The translations under genes and the position numbers were made by a program. This document shows, piece by piece, positions 1 through 10,329 of a DNA stretch of 50,729 nt. How positions within the stretch are numbered: the first letter of the stretch is position 1; every line of letters starts with the position of its first letter. The stretch is taken from contig JAGGWG010000010.1 of assembly GCA_021157605.1 (NCBI GenBank), positions 1 through 50,729 on the forward strand, in the 5' to 3' direction. This DNA is from a bacterium. Its GTDB lineage: Bacteria > Patescibacteriota > UBA1384 > JAGGWG01. Under the pieces are notes generated by a model that made no database searches, was not told the origin of the DNA, and saw only the letters and a program-made list of their open reading frames with translations.

Positions 1-1
1 A

Positions 2-148
2 GTTATCTCCAAAGACAAAGCTAACAACAGATCCCTTTCTGACAGCCTAGTCTTTATTACTGCTAAACCCAAAGAATCAGTCTATGACCTTATCCTTAAA
101 GTCCTGAATAAATACTTTGGGTGGATGCTGGGGAGGTTTAGGAAGTAG
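2..148 (+). CDS. 3' end of a gene running off the left edge (48 codons plus TAG); product not recognised
   Basis: Open frame from position 2 (...VISKDKANNRSLSDSLVFITAKPKESVYDLILKVLNKYFGWMLGRFRK*) ending at TAG 146-148. It is absent from the ORF track because it has no start in the window. Confidence 0.35.
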   Translation, partial: VISKDKANNRSLSDSLVFITAKPKESVYDLILKVLNKYFGWMLGRFRK

Positions 149-219
149 CGAAGTTTTTAAAAGTGTAAAATTTTTTATTTTGTGTTAAGCTGTTGATGTT
201 GGGAAAATAATGTTTTTTT

Positions 220-723
220 ATGGAGTATAGAGGACAACGGATAGGAGTTTTTGTAGACATACAAAATCTGTATTATTCTGCTAAACATCTATTTAATGCT
301 TATGTAAATTTTCAACAAATAATTAGATCTGGAGCCGGAAAAGGGCAATTGGTGAGAGCTATTGCTTATGGAGTAAAAGCATATATCCCCAAAGAAGAAA
401 GATTTTTTGGAGCTTTAAAAGAGGCAGGTTTTGAAGTTAAACTTAAAAACCTTCAAGTATTTCCGGGTGGGATGAAAAAAGGTGATTGGGATGTAGGGAT
501 TGTGGTGGATATTATCCGCTTAGTAGACAAGTTGGATGTAGTAGTTTTAGCTTCTGGTGATGGCGACTACCTTGATTTAGTTGAGTTTTTGCAAAATAGG
601 GGTATATATGTGGTTATCTTTGCTTTTTCTGAAACAGCTTCTGCCAAATTAATAAAAAAAGCAGATCTTTTTGTCGATATGGGTTCAGATCGGAAAGCTT
701 TTTTGCTTAAAAATATAAAATAG
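220..723 (+). CDS. NYN/LabA-like (DUF88) PIN-fold nuclease domain protein
   Basis: Motifs IGVFVDIQNLYY and LASGDGDYLDLVEFLQNRG are typical of NYN/LabA proteins. Confidence 0.8.
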   Translation: MEYRGQRIGVFVDIQNLYYSAKHLFNAYVNFQQIIRSGAGKGQLVRAIAYGVKAYIPKEERFFGALKEAGFEVKLKNLQVFPGGMKKGDWDVGIVVDIIRLVDKLDVVVLASGDGDYLDLVEFLQNRGIYVVIFAFSETASAKLIKKADLFVDMGSDRKAFLLKNIK

Positions 724-930
724 GCAACAAATACTCTGAAAATCCCTATTTTTATAAAAGATATTGTTTTATATTTTTAGCGGCCGCGCAAAATATAAAT
801 AATCGTTTTGCTGGCAAAATTTTTATTTGATGGTTTTTGGTGATTGAATTTAGTAAATAAAAACTATTAAAAAACTCTGTTTTTGGTATACTTGTGTTAA
901 AATTCTGTTAAAATTAGGAATGTTTCTATT

Positions 931-2148
931 ATGAAATCAAGAAAAATAAAAACATTTTTAAAAGGTTTTAAAAAGTATCCCAAGAGAGTTCTTTCTCTTT
1001 CAGGTGTTGTTTTATTTTTGTTCTCTTTTGTGCTTGGCTTTTTTGTGGGGGTACAGAGAAATATTCCTTTACGTTATGAGTTGATTAATAAAGAACCTAA
1101 AGTTAAAAAGATTGATTTTTCTCTTTTTTGGGAGGCGTGGGATAAAATTCACTATAACTTTTTACATGCGGCTGATGATAAAAATCTTTTTTATAGCTCA
1201 ATCAAGGGGTTGATAGCCGGAACTAATGATCCTTATTCAGCTTTTTTGACTCCTAAAGAGACAGAGATGTTTACTGAAAATATGGAAGAAGAGTTTTATG
1301 GAGTGGGAATAGAAATTGGGGTACGGGAGGGAAAAATTATTATTATTTCGCCTTTAGCTAATACCCCGGCAGAAAAAGTTGGTTTGCTTTCCGGGGACGA
1401 AATAGTAGCTGTAGATGGGAAGCTCACTAAGAACCAGTCGCTGATGGAAGTAGTATCTTGGATCAGGGGCAAGAAGGGAACAGAAGTAATTTTGAGTATT
1501 AAGCGCAAAGGCTGGAAAGAGCCGAAGGATTTTAAAATTAAAAGAGCAAAAATCGAAAACGAAAGTGTAAAAACTCGTCTTTTGGGTGATATTCTTTACA
1601 TAAAAGTTGTCCAGTTTTCAGAAAAAACATACCCGTTATTTTATCAGGCACTTTCTCAGTCAGCAAATAAAGATCTTTCAGGTGTTATTATTGATTTAAG
1701 ACAGAATCCGGGAGGTTATTTTCAGGCAGCGGTAGATATTGCCTCTTTGTTTATTGAAAAAGGACCAATTGTTTTTGAAAAAGATAAAGCAGGCAATTTA
1801 AAGGATTATCAAGCTACCAAAAAGCCTATTTTTAAAGATTATTCAGTTGTGATTTTGGTAGATAGTGGGTCAGCTTCAGCCTCAGAGATTTTAGCTGGTG
1901 CGCTAAAAGATTATAATAAAGCTATAGTTATTGGAGAGAAGACGTTTGGTAAAGGAGTGATGCAGAGCTGGGAGAGATTTAATGATGGTTCTTCTTTGGT
2001 TTTAACTACAGCCTATTGGTTGACTCCCAAGAAACATCAAATTGACGGCAAGGGTATAACTCCTGATGTAATAATTAAATCAGAAGATAAAAGTTGTTCT
2101 GACAAAGATAAGGTTTGCCAGAAAGCTATAGAGTTATTAACTAAATAA
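931..2148 (+). CDS. Carboxy-terminal processing peptidase, family S41, with PDZ domain
   Basis: N-terminal TM anchor; PDZ segment SPLANTPAEKVGLLSGDEIVAVDG; S41 Ser/Lys motifs DSGSASASEILAGALKD and GEKTFGKG. Confidence 0.9.
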   Translation: MKSRKIKTFLKGFKKYPKRVLSLSGVVLFLFSFVLGFFVGVQRNIPLRYELINKEPKVKKIDFSLFWEAWDKIHYNFLHAADDKNLFYSSIKGLIAGTNDPYSAFLTPKETEMFTENMEEEFYGVGIEIGVREGKIIIISPLANTPAEKVGLLSGDEIVAVDGKLTKNQSLMEVVSWIRGKKGTEVILSIKRKGWKEPKDFKIKRAKIENESVKTRLLGDILYIKVVQFSEKTYPLFYQALSQSANKDLSGVIIDLRQNPGGYFQAAVDIASLFIEKGPIVFEKDKAGNLKDYQATKKPIFKDYSVVILVDSGSASASEILAGALKDYNKAIVIGEKTFGKGVMQSWERFNDGSSLVLTTAYWLTPKKHQIDGKGITPDVIIKSEDKSCSDKDKVCQKAIELLTK

Positions 2149-2153
2149 TAGTT

Positions 2154-2615
2154 ATGAGTGCCAAAAGAACTGCTAAGACAATTAAAGTTTTGCTTAAGCA
2201 AAAAGTGTTGGGGTTAGGCGAAAAAGGTGAGATTAAAAAAGTTAAAGCAGGCTATTTCTTTAATTTTCTTTTGCCGCAGGACTTAGCTTGTAGATTGAGT
2301 GAGAAAATCAGGCAAGATATGGCAGCTAAGAAAACTGCTAAAAAAGAGGCAGAAAAGAAAAAGTTATCTCAGCTCAAAAAACTTCAAGAGCGTTTTCCCG
2401 CGTCTTTAACTTTTAGGCGTCGTCTTAATGAAAAAGGGAAATTATACCAGTCAATTAAACCTGAAGAAGTAGTTGAGAGATTAAAAGCAGAGGGCTTAAT
2501 CAAAAAGATTCTTTTGCCAAAAATTGACAAAAAAGGGGAATTTAAAGCTCGGGTTTTGTTTATTGACAATAAAAAAGGTAAAATAACTATAAAGGTAGAA
2601 GGTTCAAAATCGTAG
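2154..2615 (+). CDS. rplI: 50S ribosomal protein L9
   Basis: N-terminal KVLLKQKVLGLGEKGEIKKVKAGYFFNFLLPQDLA matches the L9 N-domain; length 153 aa. Confidence 0.85.
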   Translation: MSAKRTAKTIKVLLKQKVLGLGEKGEIKKVKAGYFFNFLLPQDLACRLSEKIRQDMAAKKTAKKEAEKKKLSQLKKLQERFPASLTFRRRLNEKGKLYQSIKPEEVVERLKAEGLIKKILLPKIDKKGEFKARVLFIDNKKGKITIKVEGSKS

Positions 2616-2657
2616 TTTTAATTTTATTTTGTTATAATAGGTTAAAAAGAGGGGCAA

Positions 2658-4217
2658 ATGGCTGAAGAACAAAGAAAAAATAACAACGATATTGATTTAG
2701 ATGTTTTTCGTGTTCCTCCAAAAGAGATGTTGGAAAAGATAAGTCAAACTCCTCAGCAGTCCAGTAGAGGGAAAGGTTTTGAGCAAAAAAAAGTTGTTAG
2801 CAAAGAAGCGGCAAGCAAGAAACCTGATGCGCAAGTTCCTGTTAGCCCGCCTTTGGCTCAATCTTCGGCTGGCTCTTTGCAGTCAGGAATCTCTCCCAAT
2901 GTTTACCCTAAAAAGGCTTTTTCTAAACCTTTTTTCTCCTCGCCAAAGCCTAAAAAAGCTTTTTGGGGGAGGACACAGTCTAAACCTTTACCACCAAAGC
3001 CATCTTCTCCCCCAGTTGCTAAGCCTCCTATTAAGTCTGTTAAGCCTGTAAAGCCAAAACTTTCAGGGTGGAAAAAGGCGGGTTTGGTTGCTATTCTTGT
3101 TTTCTTTTTGCTGATTTTGTCAGCAACTGGTTTGGTTTGGGCTGAGTGGCAAGGTCTTATTTCTATAGGTGCCTCAAGGGTAGTTGGTCCTCCTCCAGCT
3201 CAAATGATATGGTCTAAGGCTGTAGTTTTCAGGTCCCCCCTTTCTTTTACAGGTAAGGTTGTTTTTAACAATCCCAGTGATGATTTGAAAAAGTGGTTAA
3301 AAGATCAAGGACTGAATCAACAAGAGATATCTTTTTCTGGACAGATTATTGTTGACAACAAAGAAGTTTCTGGTGTTTGGCAATGGTTGGATGAGTCTCC
3401 TTTTGTTTTTTATTTAAAAGACCAGTCCCTTTATCTTAAAAGAAATAAAGAGGAAAGTTGGTCTAAAGTTGATTTGGGTTTTAGTTTTCAAGGTATAGAT
3501 CCTTTTTTGGAGTTTTTGAATAACTATTCCAATTTCCAGCGTCTTAAAGCAGATGAGGGTTTTTATTGGTATAAAGGTGTTTTTAGTTATGCTTTGCTTT
3601 CTGGATGGAGTATTTATCCCGAAGTAGAAGTAGCTTTGTCAGATCAAGATTTCACTTTGTCTCGTTTAAAACTTCTGACAGAAAGTACCTATGGTTTGCA
3701 AGCTGATTTTCTTTTTCGGCCCTCTGATTTTTCCTTGAACTTTAAAGCTGAAGATATAGATAAAGCCAAAGATGGCAATGAAGAGTTTGCTAAAGTTGTT
3801 TCTTTTACTAATCTTTGGCAAAAGCAGAAAAAAGAGAATACCGCTTCAGATAATGGCTCATTTGTTACTCTACGGGATAAGCAGCGCAAAGACGATCTTC
3901 AATTAATTAGCCAGGCTTTGCGAAACTACTACCAAGAAAAAAGCAGTTATCCTGTTGCTGAAGAAAAAATCAAAATTGAAGAAGCAGATAACTTGTGGAG
4001 TGTTTTAGAACCATATTTGCCCGAAGGAGAAGAGTGGAGTTTTGCTGATCCTAAATACCCTGATTTTTACTACGGATACATTTCAGACGGCGAAAACTAT
4101 GAGCTTAGCGCCAGGTTGGAAAATAAAGAAGATAAAGAGGGGATAGCTATAGGAGATATAGTTCTCTATTTTATTGTTTCTAATGAATCATATAATCCTT
4201 CTTTGGCAGGTTTTTAA
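2658..4217 (+). CDS. Membrane-anchored hypothetical protein: Pro/Lys-rich N-terminus, one TM helix, C-terminal pilin-like globular module
   Basis: Long ORF in the operon frame. Contains PPKPSSPPVAKPPIKSVKPVKPK and the TM helix AGLVAILVFFLLILSATGLVWA. The C-terminus RDKQRKDDLQLISQALRNYYQEKSSYP...YELSARLENKED resembles the post-helix part of type IV pilin/GspG-like proteins. Confidence 0.6.
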   Translation: MAEEQRKNNNDIDLDVFRVPPKEMLEKISQTPQQSSRGKGFEQKKVVSKEAASKKPDAQVPVSPPLAQSSAGSLQSGISPNVYPKKAFSKPFFSSPKPKKAFWGRTQSKPLPPKPSSPPVAKPPIKSVKPVKPKLSGWKKAGLVAILVFFLLILSATGLVWAEWQGLISIGASRVVGPPPAQMIWSKAVVFRSPLSFTGKVVFNNPSDDLKKWLKDQGLNQQEISFSGQIIVDNKEVSGVWQWLDESPFVFYLKDQSLYLKRNKEESWSKVDLGFSFQGIDPFLEFLNNYSNFQRLKADEGFYWYKGVFSYALLSGWSIYPEVEVALSDQDFTLSRLKLLTESTYGLQADFLFRPSDFSLNFKAEDIDKAKDGNEEFAKVVSFTNLWQKQKKENTASDNGSFVTLRDKQRKDDLQLISQALRNYYQEKSSYPVAEEKIKIEEADNLWSVLEPYLPEGEEWSFADPKYPDFYYGYISDGENYELSARLENKEDKEGIAIGDIVLYFIVSNESYNPSLAGF

Positions 4218-4273
4218 TTTGTCTTTTTGATTTTTCTATGTTAGGTTTAGAGCAGGAAAAATAAAACTTAAAA

Positions 4274-4858
4274 ATGATTTTTATTTGGGTATTAATTGGA
4301 TTATTTCTTTTATCCTTATTTTGGTTAGTAGCCACTTACAATGGTTTAGTAGTTTTGAAAACACGGATGAAAGAGGCGTGGAGCGATATTGAGGTGCAGC
4401 TTAAACGTCGTTATAATCTCATCCCTAATTTAGTTAAAACTGTAAAAGGATATGCTACTCACGAAAAAGATGTTTTTCGGCAAGTAACAGAGGCTAGAAC
4501 TAAAGCTTTAGGAGCAGGTAGTCCTGAAGAGGTGGCAGAGGCCGAAGGACAATTAAATAAAACTCTTAAGACTTTATTTGCAGTAGCAGAAAACTACCCC
4601 CAACTAAAAGCTTCGGGTAATTTTCAGAAGTTGCAAGAAGAATTAAGGGACACTGAGGACAAAATACAAGCAGCGCGAAGATTTTATAATGCCAATGTGA
4701 GGGATTATAATATTCGCTGCCAGACTTTTCCTGCAAGCATTATAGCTAATATGTTTGGTTTTAAACCGGCAAAACTTTTTGAATTGGAAGGATCAGAAGC
4801 AGAAGAGGCCAGAAAAGTTCCTGAGGTAGATTTTGAAGATACAAAAGATAAAAAATAA
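4274..4858 (+). CDS. lemA: LemA family membrane protein
   Basis: N-terminal TM, then YNGLVVLKTRMKEAWSDIEVQLKRRYNLIPNLV...NYPQLKAS...RRFYNANVRDYN, the LemA signature regions. Confidence 0.85.
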   Translation: MIFIWVLIGLFLLSLFWLVATYNGLVVLKTRMKEAWSDIEVQLKRRYNLIPNLVKTVKGYATHEKDVFRQVTEARTKALGAGSPEEVAEAEGQLNKTLKTLFAVAENYPQLKASGNFQKLQEELRDTEDKIQAARRFYNANVRDYNIRCQTFPASIIANMFGFKPAKLFELEGSEAEEARKVPEVDFEDTKDKK

Positions 4859-4872
4859 ATTAAAGAAAAACT

Positions 4873-5226
4873 ATGGAGAAAAACAAAATCACTCCCCAAA
4901 CTTCTTCAGCTGAGGTGAATGAAGACAAGGTGATGGGACTGCTTTGTTATTTAGGTATTTTAGTTTTGGTTCCCATCTTGCTCAAAAAAGATTCTGAGTT
5001 TGTCAAATTCCACATTCAACAAGGCTTGGCTCTTTTAGTAGTGGGTATTGTCTGGACTTTTGTTTGGTGGGTTTTAGCCTTTATCCCTGTGATTGGTTTA
5101 ACTTTGGATGTATTGGGCGGTATTGTGCTTTTTGTAATTTGGATTATTGGTATTGTTAATGTTTTAAGCGGTCAAAAAAAAGAGTTGCCATTAGTTGGTG
5201 GGTTGGCTAAGTATTTCCGTCTATAA
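4873..5226 (+). CDS. Small polytopic membrane protein, DUF4870-like
   Basis: Three predicted TM helices and the motif SEFVKFHIQQGLAL. Family assignment is from memory of the motif only. Confidence 0.55.
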   Translation: MEKNKITPQTSSAEVNEDKVMGLLCYLGILVLVPILLKKDSEFVKFHIQQGLALLVVGIVWTFVWWVLAFIPVIGLTLDVLGGIVLFVIWIIGIVNVLSGQKKELPLVGGLAKYFRL

Positions 5227-5244
5227 GGTATTTTTCTAAAATAG

Positions 5245-6129
5245 ATGTATCGTTTTATATCTTCTAATATCAGAAAGACTTACTTTTATATTTTTTTAGT
5301 TTTTGTTTTGGTTGTTGGTATAGGCTATGCTTTTGCCTGGTATTACGGAGATTATAGTCTTTTGGTTCAGGCAGTAGTTTTTGCTTTGATTTATAATCTA
5401 ATAGCTTATTTTTACTCTGACAAAATAGTTCTTTCTCTGGCAAAGGCTCATTTAGTGGACAAGAAGGAGGAAGCGGAGCTCTATCGTTTAGTAGAAAATC
5501 TTTCTATCCGGAGCGGCTTGCCAATGCCCAAAATTTATGTGATTGAGGATAATTCACCTAATGCTTTTGCTACCGGAAGAGATCCGCAGCATTCAGCTGT
5601 GGCAGTAACAAGAGGATTGATAAATTTATTGGATCGTGAAGAACTGAGAGCTGTTTTAGCTCATGAAATGAGCCATATCAAAAATTACGATATCCGTTTG
5701 CAGACTATAATTGCAGTTCTAGTGGGGGCAATAGTTATTTTAGCTGATTATTTAAGGAGGTGGTTTTGGTTTTCTAACAGGGAGAGACGTGAGGAGGGAT
5801 TTATTGGGTTATTAGTGATGTTGTTTCTTCTGGTGGTGGCGCCATTAGCAGCCCGTTTAATCCAGCTGGCTATTTCCCGTAAAAGAGAGTTTTTGGCTGA
5901 TGCTTCAGCGGCAGAGCTGACTCGTTATCCTCAAGGATTAATTAGCGCTTTGGAAAAAATATCTTCCTATCCCCAAGGTGTTCGTTCTGCTTCTTTAGCT
6001 ACTGCTCATCTTTATTTTGCTTCTCCTTTTCGTGAAAATAAAAACAAAAGCAATTGGTTTGAGAGTTTGTTTTTAACCCATCCGCCAATAGAAGAAAGAA
6101 TAGAAGCTCTTAAGAGTTTTGGTTTTTAA
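5245..6129 (+). CDS. htpX: Zinc metalloprotease HtpX (peptidase M48)
   Basis: HEMSHIKNYD (HExxH), NAFATG, four TM segments and C-terminal THPPIEERI. Confidence 0.9.
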   Translation: MYRFISSNIRKTYFYIFLVFVLVVGIGYAFAWYYGDYSLLVQAVVFALIYNLIAYFYSDKIVLSLAKAHLVDKKEEAELYRLVENLSIRSGLPMPKIYVIEDNSPNAFATGRDPQHSAVAVTRGLINLLDREELRAVLAHEMSHIKNYDIRLQTIIAVLVGAIVILADYLRRWFWFSNRERREEGFIGLLVMLFLLVVAPLAARLIQLAISRKREFLADASAAELTRYPQGLISALEKISSYPQGVRSASLATAHLYFASPFRENKNKSNWFESLFLTHPPIEERIEALKSFGF

Positions 6130-6153
6130 GTTTGTACCCACTATATTTCCTTA

Positions 6154-6182
6154 TTGTCAACTATCAGATGTTGGAGTAGAAT
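6154..6182 (+). promoter_or_regulatory. Candidate sigma70-type promoter for ligA (TTGTCA-17-TAGAAT)
   Basis: -35 at 6154-6159, 17-nt spacer, -10 at 6177-6182, ATG at 6192; no Shine-Dalgarno in between. Confidence 0.3.
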
Positions 6183-6188
6183 TATTAA

Positions 6189-8209
<2,021 letters not shown>

Positions 8210-8210
<1 letters not shown>

Positions 8211-8500
8211 TGGGAAAAAAATTCACTCGCAAAGAAGTTGACCACCTTGCCTTTTTGGCGCGATTCTCTCTTAAAGAAAAAGAAAAAGCAAAGATGGCTC
8301 GGGATTTATCGGAGATTATTGATTTTGTCAGTGAATTGAGAAAATTAAAATCAGAGGACAAAGAGCCGTTTTTGTTTGAGGATCAAATTAATGTTTTTCG
8401 TAAAGATGAAAAACCAAAAAGAAGCGACACTGAAAGCTATTTAACTAATGCTCCTCAAAGAAAAAGACGGTTTTTTAAAGTGCCTCGTATTTTAAGGTAA
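8210..8500 (+). CDS. gatC: Asp/Glu-tRNA amidotransferase subunit C
   Basis: 96 aa with VDHLAFLARFSLKEKEKAKMARDLSEIIDFV. The start overlaps the ligA stop (TAATG), and the gene lies directly upstream of gatA. Confidence 0.85.
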
Positions 8501-8504
8501 AGTT

Positions 8505-9959
8505 ATGAATATAACCTCTTTATCGATTTCTGAACTAAAAGATGGGTATTTAAAGAAGCGCTTTACTCCTTTTGAAGTAATTAAATCTTATTTGCGCAGA
8601 ATAGAAACCTTAGATAAGAAAATTAAAGCTTTTATTTCTCTTAATGAAAGAGTGCTTGAGGAAGTCAAAAAAATAAAACCCTCAGAGATTAAAGATTTGC
8701 CTCTTGGTGGTATCCCTTATTCTGCTAAAGATCTTTTTCTAACTAAGGGGCTGCCGACTACTGCGGCTTCAAAGATATTGGAAAACTTTATAGCTCCTTA
8801 TGAATCAACGGTAACAGAGCGTTTAGCTAAGGCTGGGGCTTTACTTTTAGGTAAAACAAACCTAGACGAGTTTGCTATGGGTTCTTCTACAGAGCGTTCA
8901 GCTTTCCAAGTTACTCGCAACCCTTGGGATTTAGATAGGGTTCCAGGCGGATCAAGCGGCGGACCGGCAGCAGCGGTAGCGGCCCGGATGCATCCTTTTA
9001 GTATTGGTACAGATACCGGAGGCAGCATCAGGCAGCCGGCTTCTTTGTGTGGAGTTTTTGGTCTCAAACCTACTTATGGTCGCGTTTCCCGTTATGGCAT
9101 TATTGCTATGGCTTCTTCTTTGGATCAGGCAGGTCCGTTTAGTTTTTCGGTTAAAGATTCAGCTTTGGTTCTAAAAATTATTTCTGGTTTTGATAAAAAA
9201 GATGCTACTTCTTCCCGTAAGGAAGTGCCTGATTTTGAAAAAAGTATTGGCAAACCGCTGAAAGGATTGAGGATTGGTATTGTCAAAGAGTTTTTCCAGA
9301 AAGGATTGGATCAGAAAGTGAGAGAAAAAATTGAAGAGGCGAAGATAAAACTGCAGAAAGAAGGAGTAAAATTTGTTTCTGTATCTGTTCCTAAAGCCAA
9401 GTTTGCTTTGCCTATTTATTATATTTTGATGCCGGCAGAAGTAAGTTCTAATTTGGCTCGATACGATGGTTTGCGTTATGGTTTAAGTAAAAAAGCAAGA
9501 TCTCTGCGTCAAACTTATGAATTGACAAGAGGGAAAGGTTTTGGTGATGAAGTAAAAAGGAGGATTATGCTGGGGACTTTTGTCCTTTCTGCCGGCTACA
9601 GAGAGGCTTATTATATTTTGGCGCAAAAAGCCAGAACAGCTCTAAAAGATGAGTTTAAAAAGGCCTTTAAAAAGGCAGATTTACTTTTGGGTCCGGTCTC
9701 CCCTACCCCTGCTTTCAAAGTGGGGGAGAAGATGACCGATCCGCTACAGATGTATTTAGCTGATATCTATACAGTGCCCATTAACCCGGCTGGCTTACCA
9801 GCTGCTTCTGTTCCTTGCGGTTTTGTTAAAGAGGATAATAAAGAACTGCCTGTATCTTTTCAGCTTATTGCTCCTTGGTTTAGAGAAGATTTAATCTTTC
9901 AGGTAGCAGGAGCCTATGAGCGTATTTCGCCTGATGATTTTAAGAAACCTAAAATATAG
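8505..9959 (+). CDS. gatA: Asp/Glu-tRNA amidotransferase subunit A (amidase signature family)
   Basis: Amidase signature GGSSGGPAAAVAA...GTDTGGSIRQPA. Confidence 0.95.
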   Translation: MNITSLSISELKDGYLKKRFTPFEVIKSYLRRIETLDKKIKAFISLNERVLEEVKKIKPSEIKDLPLGGIPYSAKDLFLTKGLPTTAASKILENFIAPYESTVTERLAKAGALLLGKTNLDEFAMGSSTERSAFQVTRNPWDLDRVPGGSSGGPAAAVAARMHPFSIGTDTGGSIRQPASLCGVFGLKPTYGRVSRYGIIAMASSLDQAGPFSFSVKDSALVLKIISGFDKKDATSSRKEVPDFEKSIGKPLKGLRIGIVKEFFQKGLDQKVREKIEEAKIKLQKEGVKFVSVSVPKAKFALPIYYILMPAEVSSNLARYDGLRYGLSKKARSLRQTYELTRGKGFGDEVKRRIMLGTFVLSAGYREAYYILAQKARTALKDEFKKAFKKADLLLGPVSPTPAFKVGEKMTDPLQMYLADIYTVPINPAGLPAASVPCGFVKEDNKELPVSFQLIAPWFREDLIFQVAGAYERISPDDFKKPKI

Positions 9960-9961
9960 TT

Positions 9962-10315
9962 ATGTTTTTTGTTCTTCGCCGCAATAAAAAAAGTTTGGAT
10001 TTTCAGTCGCGTTGGCAGAAAGTAGAAGAACTGTTAAAGGTTAAAAGGGATTCTGCCTTAAAACAAGCGCTTATGGAAGCAGATAAACTTTTAGGGTTGG
10101 CCTTAAGAGAAAAGAGATTAAAGGGAGAGACACTGGGAGAGCGTCTTAAAGAGGCTAAAGCATTATTTGAGCCAAATTTTTACCAAGAGTTATGGGAGGC
10201 GCACAAGTTAAGAAATCGTTTGGTTCATGAGGACGATGAGATTCTCTCTTTTCAGATAGAAAAAGCAGTTAAAGTTTTCAAAAAGGCTTTAGAGAAATTA
10301 AAATTTCTACACTAG
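9962..10315 (+). CDS. Small helical hypothetical protein with R-x4-H motif (HEPN/DUF4145-like)
   Basis: 117-aa ORF lying 2 nt after gatA and 14 nt before gatB. Contains ...WEAHKLRNRLVHEDD..., i.e. R84-x4-H89. Family call is by motif and helical pattern only. Confidence 0.55.
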   Translation: MFFVLRRNKKSLDFQSRWQKVEELLKVKRDSALKQALMEADKLLGLALREKRLKGETLGERLKEAKALFEPNFYQELWEAHKLRNRLVHEDDEILSFQIEKAVKVFKKALEKLKFLH

Positions 10316-10329
10316 TTTAAGTATCTATT

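Noticed and set aside
781-790. A GC-rich GCGGCCGCGC block in the AT-rich spacer upstream of the S41 peptidase gene, considered as a possible terminator or operator.
   Set aside because: An 8-bp palindrome with no loop cannot form a useful hairpin. Similar GCGGCCGC strings also occur inside gap and murC coding sequence, so it is not treated as a feature.
2779-3051. A 90-aa alternate-frame ORF within the Pro-rich region of the 519-aa protein.
   Set aside because: It is on the same strand and fully nested in the longer ORF, whose frame continues into a TM helix and recognisable C-terminal motifs. There are no independent start signals.
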